Below, one piece after another: positions 10,501 through 20,050 of a stretch of 64,000 nucleotides of DNA (position 1 is the stretch's first letter; each line of letters begins with the position of its first letter). The notes under the pieces are model-generated. The model was not told the origin of the DNA and searched no databases. It saw nothing but the letters and a program-made list of their open reading frames with translations. The position numbers were made by a program, and so were the translations under genes. Source of the stretch: Candidatus Saccharimonadales bacterium (GTDB lineage Bacteria > Patescibacteriota > Saccharimonadia > Saccharimonadales > UBA7683); assembly GCA_046350615.1 (NCBI GenBank), contig JAXMAA010000001.1, positions 136,480 through 200,479 on the forward strand. Direction: 5' to 3'.

Positions 10501-13500
10501 GTTGCTTGATAAAACATGGCTACCATATCAGTAAGGCTATTTGTTTGCCAACCTGAGAGTCCGCCGTTAAAGGCTGATGCTTCGTGGAACATCTGTGTCA
10601 TATCGGCTACGTTTTCAACATTCCAGTTGTCTAAAGACTGGTTAAAGCTGCTCGCATTCGAAAATAATGCAGCCATGCTCTCTACATTACTGGTATCCCA
10701 GTGCTTAATAGGTTGATTAAAGCTTGTGGCGCCAAAAAACATGAGATCCATATCTGTGACGTTCGAGAGATCAGGTGCATCAGTGGCAGGAATAGTCAGG
10801 TTTGTGGCATAAGCAAATGAACAATGCATCGAGCCCCACTGATTAGTTCCCCATTGTTCTACGGTAAGGATTTTTTGAACATCGCCACCCCCACAGAAGT
10901 ATATCTGAGGGAAGTTTCCGATTATCTTCACGGTGTACGTACCTTCTGATGCGTAGGTGTGCGTGGTATCGCCAGTCAGGTCAGCTTCAACATTCCCGTC
11001 GCCCCAATCGATTGTGTAGTTATATCCGCTACCGCTGGTTGGTATGGTAATTTGATTACTGGCGCTTGAGCCTGAGTTATCAGTTTTCCAAGTAGTAATG
11101 AAGGCATTGGTGAAATCTGGTGCAGCAGGGCAATCTTGGCCACCGTCGGTAATTGTCCAGTTGTAATCATTAATAATCGACTGCCGAGCATCTGCGCTGT
11201 AGCAGTATTTAGTAGGCGCTGCGCCGAGGTACACATCGTTCTGAAGATCTTGAGCTGCCCAGCCCGCTAACGTAAAGTCATAATTCTCCATGGAAAGCGC
11301 GGTGTTATTCAAGGCCACGGTTGCCCACCGTACGTTCTGCATATCCCAGCTTGCGAGCGACTGATTAAATGAGGTGGCGCCCGCAAACATACTAACCATG
11401 TTGGTAACGTTACTCATATCCCAATTACTAAGTGATTGATTGAAGCTTGTAGCTCCAGCAAACGTATACGTCGTATATGTCAGACTACTTGTATCCCAGC
11501 TATCAAGCGGTTGGTTGAATGAGCTCGCGCCTCCAAACATCCAACCCATATCCGTAACTTTGCTAGTATCCCAGTTATTTAACGGCTGATTGAATGAGGT
11601 AGCATAGTAAAACATATTACCTGACCACTCTAGGGCCGTCGTATCCCAGTCATTAAGTGGCTGGTTAAAGGTGGTGTTATTTTGGAACATGCCAACCATG
11701 CTTCGTACTTTGCTCGTGTTCCAGTCATTGAGAGGCTGATTAAAAGGAGTGTTGGAAAACATCGTGTTCATACTCTCTACATTGCTGGTATCCCACTGGC
11801 TGATATCTGAGTTAAACGAAGAAGCCAGAATAAACATGTTGTTCATATTGATAACATTACTGGTATCCCAACCATTCAGCGACTGGTTAAACGAGGTGGC
11901 GCCGTTAAACATGCCAGTCATGTTAGTAATCGTGCTGGTATCCCACTGGCTGATATCTGAGTTAAACGAGGTAGCGTTAAAGAACATGTTGAGTAAGCTG
12001 GTAACTCTTGAAAGATCGGGCGCATCTACAGCGTTAATCTGAAGATTAGCCGCGTTCCAGAAGGCAAAATCCATCGAGCGCCATTCGACATCCCCCCACT
12101 GTTCCACCGTTAACAATTTTGCCGGATTACCGGTACTGTTGGCGTTAAAGCTTCTGATATCACCCATAACCCGTATGGTATAGGTACCAGGGCTTGCATA
12201 AGTATGTATGGGGTTACTGCTTGATGTGCTCTGCGTATTTCCATCGCCCCAATCAACTTCATAGCCATTGATCGTACCAAAGGAAAGCCTTACTTGATTC
12301 GAAGCAGTACTGCCGGGGTTATCCGTCTTCCAAGTAGTGATAAAGCCAGTGGCAAAACTTGGTGGGCAGGCATTAGTGGCAAAGGTTTGATCAGATCCGT
12401 AAGTAGTGCCGCCAAGGTTGGTTGCATAGGCTCGGTAATGATAGGTTGTACCACATTCATCTGGTTCAATCTCCGCCTCAATATCACCCAGATTTGTCCC
12501 CAGGTTGCCGGTATCATTACCATATGAAGTAGTTTTACCCCATTGAAAGCCTGTCGCCGAAAGGTCCGTTTCCGAATCCGAAATAGTACCGTGTAGCGTA
12601 GCTTGGTCTTCGGTTATATTATCCGCTACACCAGTTGAAACTACCGGTGGTTCGCCGCAATATTTCCCGCCGTCATAAATCCCCCAGCTAAAATCATTTA
12701 TAAGATGGTTCCGCGCGTTTTCAGCCTGACAGTACTTTATATTACCCGCAGAAAACGGCACATTAGTCCGTGGAGTTTGCTGTGCCCACCCATTTAGCGT
12801 TGCATCGTAGTTAGTGTACGAGATTCCAGAGCTAGATAGCATATTGTGCATCTGATAGACCTGCTCTATATTCCAGCTACCAAGTGATTGATTAAACGCA
12901 GTAGCATCCTGAAAAGCAGAGCTCGTGAAAAGAACTTTGGAGGTATCCCAATTGTTGAGGGGTTGGTTGAATGAGGTGGCACCATTGAATACCCCGCTTA
13001 ACTGAGTAACCTTTGAGGTATTCCAGCTGTTGAGCGACTGATTGAAGGCTGTAGAATTCGAGAACATCCACTCTAAATTTGTGACATTTGAAACGTTCCA
13101 ATTGTTGAGGGGTTGGTTGAATACTGGATTGTCGGCAAGCATGGCTTTCATATTGGTGACACTACCCACATTCCAAGAGTTAATGGGCTGATTAAATGAT
13201 GTGGCAAGTTCAAACATATAATACATATTTGTTACTTTTGAAACATCCCAATCATCAACTGCAGAATCAAATACGGTAGCACCCTGGAACATAGAGCGCA
13301 TAGTAGTGACATTTGAAACGTTCCAGTTGTTTAAGGATCGATTGAATGCTGAAGCATTCTGAAACATACTTTCCGTTGTAGTAACTTTGATTACGTTCCA
13401 ATTGTTGAGGGGTTGGTTGAAAGCCGTAGCACCCTGGAACATAGAGCTCATAGTAGTGACATTTGAAACGTTCCAGTTGTTTAATGGTTGGTTGAAAGCG

Positions 13501-15362
13501 GTGGCTCCACTAAACATATAGGCCATAGTCGTAACACTCTGAGTGTTCCAAGTTGAGATATCTGAATTGAAGTTGGTAGCCATAGAGAACATATCATGTA
13601 CGTTAGTGACTTTAGACACATTCCAATTGTTGAGGGGTTGGTTAAAGCTTGAGCTGCCTTTAAACATCTGTAACATAGTAGTGACATTTGAGACATCCCA
13701 ATTGTTGAGGGGTTGGTTGAAAGCCGTGGCCTGAGAGAACATTGAGGTCATATTGGTTACATTGCCAACATTCCAGCTATTAATATTCTGATTAAAGGCA
13801 GTTGTGCTAAACATATTTGACATATTAGTAACACTCGATGTATTCCAAGTTGAGAGATCTCCGTTGAAATTACGTTGATACGTAAACATATTGCTCATAT
13901 CGGTAACCCCCGAGACGTCCCAGTTGGTTAAGGGCTGATTAAACGCGCCCGGACCATTCCCGAATCCAACGTTGTAGAACATTCTAGATGTATTTTTTAA
14001 CTTATTTGAAGTCGTCCAACTATTGAGCGGTTGGTTGAAGTTATAAGCACCATCGAACATGCCGCTCATAGTCGTGACATTTGAGACATTCCAGTTAGCA
14101 AGAGAGCTATTGAATGCCGACGCACTGTTAAACATATCTGTCATGTTAGTGACATTTGCAACGTTCCAGTTGTTGAGGGGTTGATTAAAGCTTGAATTGC
14201 CTGTGAACATCTGTAACATAGTAGTGACATTTGAAACATCCCAATTATTGAGGGGTTGATTAAATGACGTACCTACAAACATATTCCTCATATCGGTAAC
14301 GTTACTCGTATTCCAACTATTGATATTTTGATTAAACGAATTGTTACCGAAGAACATACTATTCATATCGGTAACATTTGAAACATCCCAATTATTGAGG
14401 GGTTGATTGAAGATAGTGGTTGAATTACAGTTCGCAAAAAGGTTATTCATACTTGTCACATGTGAGACGTCCCAATGATTTATGTTTGAGTTAAACAATC
14501 TAGCTCCGCAAAACATGTAACTCATATCGGTAACGTTACTTAGATCAGGCGCATCCATAGCGTTAACAACCAGCTTTTCAGCCCGACGAAATGCTGCATT
14601 CATTGAAGTCCACTGATTTGTACCCCACTGCTCAACTGAAAGTATCTTTTCTTTATCGCCACTATTATTAAAATAAATCCTTGGAAAGGTGCCTGTAATC
14701 TTTACTGTGTAAGTTCCGCTGGTACCATATGTATGTGTCGCATCACCAGTATGGCCGGAGGTTGTATTTCCATCACCCCAATCAACCGTGTAGTTGTAGC
14801 CCCCGCCGACTGTCGGAATACGAATTTGATTACTGGCGGTAACACCTGAATTATCTGTTTTCCAGGTAGTTACAAACTCGTCGGGCGTATATGCATATAC
14901 GGGATTAACTTGGCTCGCTATGACCGTTGCAAAAATTGCAAAGCTCGCTAACCCATACGAAAGCCAGTATAGTGACTGCTTCCAGTTGTAGAGAAATCTT
15001 GGTAACACTACGACACGTGCGTGATGAAGCGGTGCATAACCAAGCTTCTCATTTTTGAAGGGACGGGCGTGTAGCGTGTAATCAAAATAAAAATAAAGTG
15101 CGGCAGAAACCATCAGCAGACCAAGACTTACCATGGGAAGTAAATTCACTGGCAAGTCAGGGAAGCGAAGGATAAGGTTGCTAAACTGAGTCCGGGCAGA
15201 TCCGCTCAACGCCAAAAAAAGCCACACTCCTGTACCTAAAACAACTGTTGCCAATGGGACAAGCCACAGCCACAAATACACACGAGCTGAGTGCAAAACA
15301 GATGATACTGCGCTATTTTTTTGCTTTTTGATATAACCCATGAGAGCTTTTCTAACGTCCAA
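7572..15362 (-). CDS. Giant (2596 aa) membrane sensor histidine kinase with a BspA/DUF285-type leucine-rich-repeat ectodomain
   Basis: - Three N-terminal TM helices.
- Three super-repeats, each with F(V/I)TTWKTDN...WGDGN...HTY..GTYTV, then 10-25 copies of FxxAxxFNQPLNNW(D/N)VSNVTxMxxMF, then NYDATLxGW...YC...DGGKxC.
- An Ig-like segment and a further TM helix.
- An H-box-like FVHIVTHYLTTPITII, two more TM helices, then HATPase_c (ENALQFT...DTGVGI...GLGLSLY). Confidence 0.85.
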   Translation of the reverse strand: MDVRKALMGYIKKQKNSAVSSVLHSARVYLWLWLVPLATVVLGTGVWLFLALSGSARTQFSNLILRFPDLPVNLLPMVSLGLLMVSAALYFYFDYTLHARPFKNEKLGYAPLHHARVVVLPRFLYNWKQSLYWLSYGLASFAIFATVIASQVNPVYAYTPDEFVTTWKTDNSGVTASNQIRIPTVGGGYNYTVDWGDGNTTSGHTGDATHTYGTSGTYTVKITGTFPRIYFNNSGDKEKILSVEQWGTNQWTSMNAAFRRAEKLVVNAMDAPDLSNVTDMSYMFCGARLFNSNINHWDVSHVTSMNNLFANCNSTTIFNQPLNNWDVSNVTDMNSMFFGNNSFNQNINSWNTSNVTDMRNMFVGTSFNQPLNNWDVSNVTTMLQMFTGNSSFNQPLNNWNVANVTNMTDMFNSASAFNSSLANWNVSNVTTMSGMFDGAYNFNQPLNSWTTSNKLKNTSRMFYNVGFGNGPGAFNQPLTNWDVSGVTDMSNMFTYQRNFNGDLSTWNTSSVTNMSNMFSTTAFNQNINSWNVGNVTNMTSMFSQATAFNQPLNNWDVSNVTTMLQMFKGSSSFNQPLNNWNVSKVTNVHDMFSMATNFNSDISTWNTQSVTTMAYMFSGATAFNQPLNNWNVSNVTTMSSMFQGATAFNQPLNNWNVIKVTTTESMFQNASAFNRSLNNWNVSNVTTMRSMFQGATVFDSAVDDWDVSKVTNMYYMFELATSFNQPINSWNVGSVTNMKAMLADNPVFNQPLNNWNVSNVTNLEWMFSNSTAFNQSLNSWNTSKVTQLSGVFNGATSFNQPLNNWDTSKVLFTSSAFQDATAFNQSLGSWNIEQVYQMHNMLSSSGISYTNYDATLNGWAQQTPRTNVPFSAGNIKYCQAENARNHLINDFSWGIYDGGKYCGEPPVVSTGVADNITEDQATLHGTISDSETDLSATGFQWGKTTSYGNDTGNLGTNLGDIEAEIEPDECGTTYHYRAYATNLGGTTYGSDQTFATNACPPSFATGFITTWKTDNPGSTASNQVRLSFGTINGYEVDWGDGNTQSTSSSNPIHTYASPGTYTIRVMGDIRSFNANSTGNPAKLLTVEQWGDVEWRSMDFAFWNAANLQINAVDAPDLSRVTSLLNMFFNATSFNSDISQWDTSTITNMTGMFNGATSFNQSLNGWDTSNVINMNNMFILASSFNSDISQWDTSNVESMNTMFSNTPFNQPLNDWNTSKVRSMVGMFQNNTTFNQPLNDWDTTALEWSGNMFYYATSFNQPLNNWDTSKVTDMGWMFGGASSFNQPLDSWDTSSLTYTTYTFAGATSFNQSLSNWDMSNVTNMVSMFAGATSFNQSLASWDMQNVRWATVALNNTALSMENYDFTLAGWAAQDLQNDVYLGAAPTKYCYSADARQSIINDYNWTITDGGQDCPAAPDFTNAFITTWKTDNSGSSASNQITIPTSGSGYNYTIDWGDGNVEADLTGDTTHTYASEGTYTVKIIGNFPQIYFCGGGDVQKILTVEQWGTNQWGSMHCSFAYATNLTIPATDAPDLSNVTDMDLMFFGATSFNQPIKHWDTSNVESMAALFSNASSFNQSLDNWNVENVADMTQMFHEASAFNGGLSGWQTNSLTDMVAMFYQATSFNQPINNFNVSGVTDMQSVFYEATLFNQPLNNWDVSNVTNMEYTFYEAAAFNSDTSTWNTGNVTTMYRMFSHATAFNQPLNNWNVGNVTVMDKMFAGATAFNQPLDAWDTSQVGINDNMGGMKEMFNGATMFNQPLNNWNVSNVTGMGGMFLLATSFNQPLNNWDVSNVQAMWGMFYATPFNQPLNNWNTNSVLSMQSMFVGARQFNQPLNNWNTSSVMNMSGMFVGADAFNQSLAAWDVSNVEDMSMMFNKDPIGPAQPFNQLFPAGLSTANYDATLASWHQQDLQDDVVFDAGTSTYCNAEADRISIMTNFNWTINDSGKDCGNTFKQAHTLSPDKLSSTLARLKGSVSGTGAGNFVSAGFEWGETSAYGNTVNNLPISSNAFSTELILSCNKAYYYRAFAVDALNVKTYGDAVIFTLSCPLVTPPVTPKPSTSESSKAPTVTIVSPKAGQGYATGGDILLKADVTKGNKPVKAARFYINGKLIATITQAPYETTFKKATNGTYQLIVVVEDVDGVEVAADPLTFVVNKMGTSVVTLEELKKLDVSTLAERHNFVLHGAVANFAQSLPWIIVLLLVLFYAVQTLFQVQRRRALQACLLALQQAKDQIDGFVHIVTHYLTTPITIISLALEAVKDKQASGYQALKVSSDAFKGYVQHLVEDLGAKETAVKQKITGATSFKKLSIYRWVAIPGAAMSFLTVAGVAGAANLELWEVTRSTTIFHGAVLAASLLVAIASFELWQRQRELTHAVLLSEQVASSSLKDRNEFIGGTHTQLMRSITDFSTSGATLHEPTFTKSFAGGLRQLKKVGSAFSAVANILQSQQVASQPTTVAVGALLGSVRTTAKQKGIGLHVDAPETLQSTVYASDLGYICHVLLENALQFTKEGGRVTVVFRDSASRLSLMVRDTGVGIAPEKLNGLMQPFVRATSTETYDYEGLGLSLYTVRLLVERYGGAITMTSTPDVGTTVSVVFKK

Positions 15363-15553
15363 GAACCTCTTATGTTTACTCGTTCTTTATTTTATCACCT
15401 GTACATCTGATTTACCAGATGAACTAGACGAATTCTCACAGGCCGACCACCCCTTTCCCATTCACAAAATGATGATTTTTCGTATCATCAGTGATAATAA
15501 TGTGTTAGATCACTAGATCGTGTATCTAGTGCGGAATAAAGAGATGTTACCTT

Positions 15554-15829
15554 TTACTTTGCTTGGCTACGCTGGCTTTTAAGAACGATGCTCTGGAGTT
15601 CTTTAAAAAGAATGAATTGCTTGTTTGTAAAGTAAATTTTGCTATTACCGCGCTTTTCAGAATGCAAAAAACCGATCTTCTCAAGCTTTTTAAGTTCTCG
15701 TTGAATATTACCCGCATCTTCGCGAATAAGCTTAGCCAAGCCTCTCACGTGCGTTCGGAAGTCTGGGTACTTTGCATAGACAATGATGATTTTTCGCCGT
15801 ACTCGTGAAGTAATAAATGTATCAAGCAT
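15554..15829 (-). CDS. Small winged-helix DNA-binding protein
   Basis: 91 aa. RGLAKLIREDAGNIQRELKKLEKIGFLHSEKRGNSKIYFTN resembles an ArsR/PadR-like wHTH and is similar to the N-terminus of the 55149-55805 product. Confidence 0.6.
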   Translation of the reverse strand: MLDTFITSRVRRKIIIVYAKYPDFRTHVRGLAKLIREDAGNIQRELKKLEKIGFLHSEKRGNSKIYFTNKQFILFKELQSIVLKSQRSQAK

Positions 15830-15879
15830 AACTACTCTAGTATATCATGCATGTCATTGTTGTTTCGACAACCTCGCAG

Positions 15880-16533
15880 TTATTTCCACTTTAAAATTGC
15901 TTCGTTTAAAATCCGAATGATCGCCTCTTGCTCAGGAACATCACTCTTCTCGTAGTAATGGTCGATTGCAAAGGTATCTTCAACAACTCGGAGCACTTGA
16001 AGCTCATCGCCCAGTACGTGCATCTTATCAACCGCGGCAACGGTAGCAAACGGTGCGGCTATGACTATCTTTTTGGTTTGAACCGGCTTCAAAAAGTTCA
16101 TAGCGGCCACAAGCGAAATACCGCTGAGCAAACCGTCTGAAACCAATATCACATTTCTATTTTGAAGCATTTCAGCATCCACCAAACCACCATCTCCAAG
16201 AAGCCGATTGAGCTCATGCTGCTTTTCCATCTTAAGCTGATCAAGCAGCCCGTGATATTCACTCGTCAGGCCTTCAAGCTCGCCTGTTGAAAAGAGGTCA
16301 TTGTAGGTAAACCCGCCACTTTGGTCAATCGTTCCCAGTTCCGTTCGTTCACCTGGTAAAACAATGTTTTTGGTAAGAAGAAACATAAGCGGGCAATGCA
16401 ACCGAGCCGTGATCTGCGCACCAATAACCACGCCGCCGTCACTCAGCGCAAGCACCACACAGTCTTCAAACCGATAGTGCTGCAGCTGTTTTGCCAACAC
16501 CTTGCCAGCCTCGGTACGCGATGCAAAATACAT
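15880..16533 (-). CDS. Phosphoribosyltransferase-family protein
   Basis: 217 aa. VVLALSDGGVVIGAQIT and NVILVSDGLLSGISL (PRPP-binding-like acidic loop). Confidence 0.65.
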   Translation of the reverse strand: MYFASRTEAGKVLAKQLQHYRFEDCVVLALSDGGVVIGAQITARLHCPLMFLLTKNIVLPGERTELGTIDQSGGFTYNDLFSTGELEGLTSEYHGLLDQLKMEKQHELNRLLGDGGLVDAEMLQNRNVILVSDGLLSGISLVAAMNFLKPVQTKKIVIAAPFATVAAVDKMHVLGDELQVLRVVEDTFAIDHYYEKSDVPEQEAIIRILNEAILKWK

Positions 16534-16580
16534 ACCCTCAGTTTACTACAGTATTTTCAACAACTCGCTATACTAGAGAT

Positions 16581-18505
16581 GTGAAGTACTATCTTGTGTG
16601 TCCAATCGGAGTAATCGGCGGTCGTGAAGACCTCCTTACCTATGGCTCAGAGAGTGAGCTTACTAATGGTGTAATCGTAAAAATTCCGTTTGGCAAACAA
16701 ATCAAGCTTGGCGTCGTTATTAAGGCAACGACTAAGCCATCATTCGTGACCAAGCCTATTACTGCTAGCCTGAGTGAAGTTGTGCCAGCACATCTTCTTG
16801 CACTCAGTTTATGGATGAGTGAATTCTATGCTGTTCGCCGTTCCATGGTACTGCAAACCATGCTGCCAAGCGGCATGGGTAAATCACGTCGCAGCAAAGA
16901 GCGGCCGCACGCGGGTGCCACAAGAACACTTCAGCACCACCCGCTCACGCAAGAGCAATCAGACGCTATTCAAGCTATCAACAGCTCAAGTGCCATCACT
17001 CATCTGCTGCACGGCGTAACCGGCTCTGGAAAAACCCGGGTGTATCAGGAGCTTGCTAAAAAAACACTTGCCGAGCAAAAAAGCGTCTTGGTGCTGGTGC
17101 CAGAAATTGCGTTAACCCCACAGTTGGCAGCAGAGTTTGAAAGCCTCCATCACAATGTTTTGGTACTTCATTCAGGGCTGACTGAAGCTGAACGACACAT
17201 CAATTGGCAGAGACTCAGCACGCGAACCATGGGTTGTATCGGCCCTCGTTCCATATTGTTTTCACCGCTTCATCCATCGGTTTAATCATCGTTGATGAAA
17301 TTGTCATGAAACTGGGTTATGCGCAAGATTCCCAACCAAAATACTGGCGCTCAGAGTAGCAAGAAACTCGCTGAACTTTGCGACGGCACAAAGCTATTAC
17401 TGGGCAGTAAACACCACTTATCACCGATTACTTTTTTGCTCAGAAAAACAAAGACACCGATTATAAAAGTCACCTTACCAGGCCCAACACTCCTCGCGAC
17501 ACAGGTGACATTGCTGATATAAAAGATCGCGGCACATTCGGTTCACATCCGTTATTTAGCAAAATTTTGCTTGAAAAAATGAACAATTCTCTTGTTCAAA
17601 ATGAGCAAATTTTGCTATTCCATAATCGTCGGGGCACGGCCCGTATGAGCCTGTGCGGCAATTGTGGCTGGGTGGCAGAATGTAAAAACTGCCATGTTCC
17701 CATGCGCCTACATCACGACCACTCCGAGCTTCGTTGCCATATATGTGGCCTCAAAGATCTTTTGCCGCAAATCTGTCCGGAATGCAAACACCCCGAAATT
17801 AACTTCAGAGGTTTTGGCAGCAAACGAATCGAAGCCGAGATACGGAAGTTGTATCCCGAGGCAAGTGTTGCACGTTTTGACAGCGACACACCGCTCAAGG
17901 AGCAACTTCATCACCGCTACCAGGAGCTCTATGATAATAAAATTCAAATCATCATCGGCACCCAGGGAATCGCTAAAGGACTCGACCTCCCCAACCTCAA
18001 CACCGTGGGTATAGTACAAGCCGATTCTGAGCTATTCATCCCAGATTTTTCCAGCAATGAGCGTTCGTTCCAGCTTACGACCCAGGTAATAGGAAGGGCT
18101 GGACGGACAGGAGCTCACAGTAGCGTGATCATTCAAACCCTTAATCCAGAACACCCAACTCTGCAATTTGCCAAAAATCAAAACTATGAAGCATTTTACG
18201 CCTTTGAAATTAACGAGCGAGCAGCTGAACACATGCCACCGCATACGTATCTGCTCCATGCTACCACCGGCTACAGTACCGCAGCCGCGGCAGAAACAGC
18301 AGCTAGAAAGCTATGGCAACAGATCAAGCATATTCACCCATCTGTCCATATCCGAGGCCCTTCCCCGGCTTTTCACGAGCACCGAGGCAAACTCTTTTAC
18401 CAACAACTTGTCATTAGCAGCAATAAACGTGGCGATCTTATAAAAATTGTCGAGTCACTTCCTCAACGCTGGCAATTCACGCTCGACCCAATCAACCTAC
18501 TCTGA
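16581..18505 (+). pseudogene. priA: Primosomal helicase PriA with an indel-dense middle section
   Basis: ORF 16491-17285 has LLHGVTGSGKTRVY and LVLVPEIALTPQ. ORF 17567-18505 has the CxxC zinc cluster (CGNCGW..CKNCHVPM..CHICG..CPEC) and the helicase C-domain. Between 17220 and 17560 the DExH region (GLIIVDE...) is readable only by hopping frames. Confidence 0.85.
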
Positions 18506-18534
18506 CATGTTTCAATCTGTTATACTTACATGCA

Positions 18535-19110
18535 ATGAATAAAGATAATATCGTTACGCTCCCGGAGCCTAATTTACGCAAACGTTCACAGAAAGTTGGC
18601 GTTATTACTGATGAGATAAAAAAACTTATTAAAGATATGATTGATGCCACCATTGATTGGGAAAATTCGCGCGATCACGAAGCTGCCGTTGGTTTAGCTG
18701 CTATCCAAGTCAACAAATTATATCGTGTTTTTATTATACGTAACGATTTTGAAACTATCACCGACAAGCGCTTTACGGCTTTTATTAACCCTGAAATTGT
18801 AAAAAAGATTGGTCCTATGGAGGAAGACTACGAAGGCTGCTTGAGCGTTCCGAATGTATATGGAAAAGTCGAGCGATACCAAAGCGTAAAGGTAAAAGCT
18901 CTCAATGAAAATGGCCAGAGTTTCCGTGTTACCGCCCATGGCTATCTTGCCCGGATCTTGCAACATGAAGTCGACCACACCCACGGCGTAGTCTTTATTG
19001 ATTATATTAAAAGCAAAAAGAACTCCTTCTTTCGTTTAATGCCGGAGGGTGGCCTAGAGCCGCTTGATTATGAAAAGGACATAAAGAATAATGCCATCCT
19101 CTGGAGATAA
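18535..19110 (+). CDS. def: Peptide deformylase
   Basis: GLAAIQV, EGCLSVP and HEVDH motifs; 191 aa. Confidence 0.95.
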   Translation: MNKDNIVTLPEPNLRKRSQKVGVITDEIKKLIKDMIDATIDWENSRDHEAAVGLAAIQVNKLYRVFIIRNDFETITDKRFTAFINPEIVKKIGPMEEDYEGCLSVPNVYGKVERYQSVKVKALNENGQSFRVTAHGYLARILQHEVDHTHGVVFIDYIKSKKNSFFRLMPEGGLEPLDYEKDIKNNAILWR

Positions 19111-19990
19111 ATCTTCGGTAGTTTTTTTTGGGAGCGGTCCGGTCGCCGCCAAAAGTCTTGAGCTTCTCCTCAAACACCAGGAAGTAGAAGCTATTGTTAC
19201 CAAACCCGCAACCAAAAACCACATGCAATCAATTGCATCCGATATCCCGGTGTATGCTGTAGGCAACAAAGCAGAACTTGATGGGCTGATTGTATCAGCA
19301 CTTTTTTCGAGCAACCTGGGGGTACTCATTGATTTTGGCATCATTGTTTCGCAAACAGTGATCGATTCGTTCACGCACGGAATTATCAACAGTCACTTCT
19401 CTCTTCTGCCTGAGTGGCGAGGCGCCGATCCAATCAACTTTTCAATCTTAAGCGGCCAAGCCAAAACTGGCGTGAGTCTCATGCTGGTAGATAAAGGTAT
19501 GGACACCGGCAAAATACTTACTCAGAAGACTCTTATCCTCAAACAAGATGAAACCAGCACAACTCTTACGCAAAAACTGATAGCACTCAGTGGTGATCTC
19601 CTGTGCGTGAGCATTCCCCGCTATCTTAAAGGTGAAATTAAGCCAAAAAATCAACCGCACCCAGACCGTGCAACATACTCAAGAAAGCTAGCTAAAAAAG
19701 ATGGTTCGCTCGATTTTACAAAGCCAGCAAAAATATTAGAGCGAGAAATCCGCGCATTCATTGAATGGCCAAAATCACGTACTACATTAGCAGGCAAAGA
19801 CGTAGTGATCTTGAAAGCCTCTCTTGACGACACAGCATCCGGACAAATTGGCGAAGCCTACGTAACTGACGACAAGAAAATCGGTATATATACTACTGCA
19901 GGTTCACTCATTATTGAAGATCTCAAGCCTGCCAACAAAAACCCAATGAGCAGCAAGGCATTCTTAGCTGGGTACGGTCACAATCTCTAG
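19091..19990 (+). CDS. fmt: Methionyl-tRNA formyltransferase
   Basis: 299 aa. HFSLLPEWRGADPI motif; def-fmt synteny. Confidence 0.9.
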   Translation: MPSSGDKSSVVFFGSGPVAAKSLELLLKHQEVEAIVTKPATKNHMQSIASDIPVYAVGNKAELDGLIVSALFSSNLGVLIDFGIIVSQTVIDSFTHGIINSHFSLLPEWRGADPINFSILSGQAKTGVSLMLVDKGMDTGKILTQKTLILKQDETSTTLTQKLIALSGDLLCVSIPRYLKGEIKPKNQPHPDRATYSRKLAKKDGSLDFTKPAKILEREIRAFIEWPKSRTTLAGKDVVILKASLDDTASGQIGEAYVTDDKKIGIYTTAGSLIIEDLKPANKNPMSSKAFLAGYGHNL

Positions 19991-20023
19991 GCAATCTGAG
20001 TCTTACGCATAACCGCCGCCCCT

Positions 20024-20050
20024 GCGAAGACGGGATCCAGTGGTACTAGA
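20024..20050 (+). repeat. Degenerate member of the CGTCATCC...GGATCCAG hairpin repeat family
   Basis: cgccgcccctgcgaagacgggatccag, downstream of fmt. Compare 59074-59101. Confidence 0.4.

Noticed and set aside
9439-13734. Many plus-strand ORFs of 60-130 aa (for example 9948-10331, 9973-10362, 11749-12042, 13543-13734) opposite the giant gene.
   Set aside because: They are shadow ORFs produced by the periodic codon pattern of the DUF285 repeats. Their translations are themselves repetitive (LLSGWLN..., VSQWLISELNE...), and the minus-strand 2596-aa ORF explains the region.
7572-15362. Regular periodicity of about 75 bp that could be mistaken for a CRISPR array or satellite.
   Set aside because: The units are in-frame 25-aa coding repeats within one long ORF. 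There is no repeat-spacer alternation, no leader and no cas genes.
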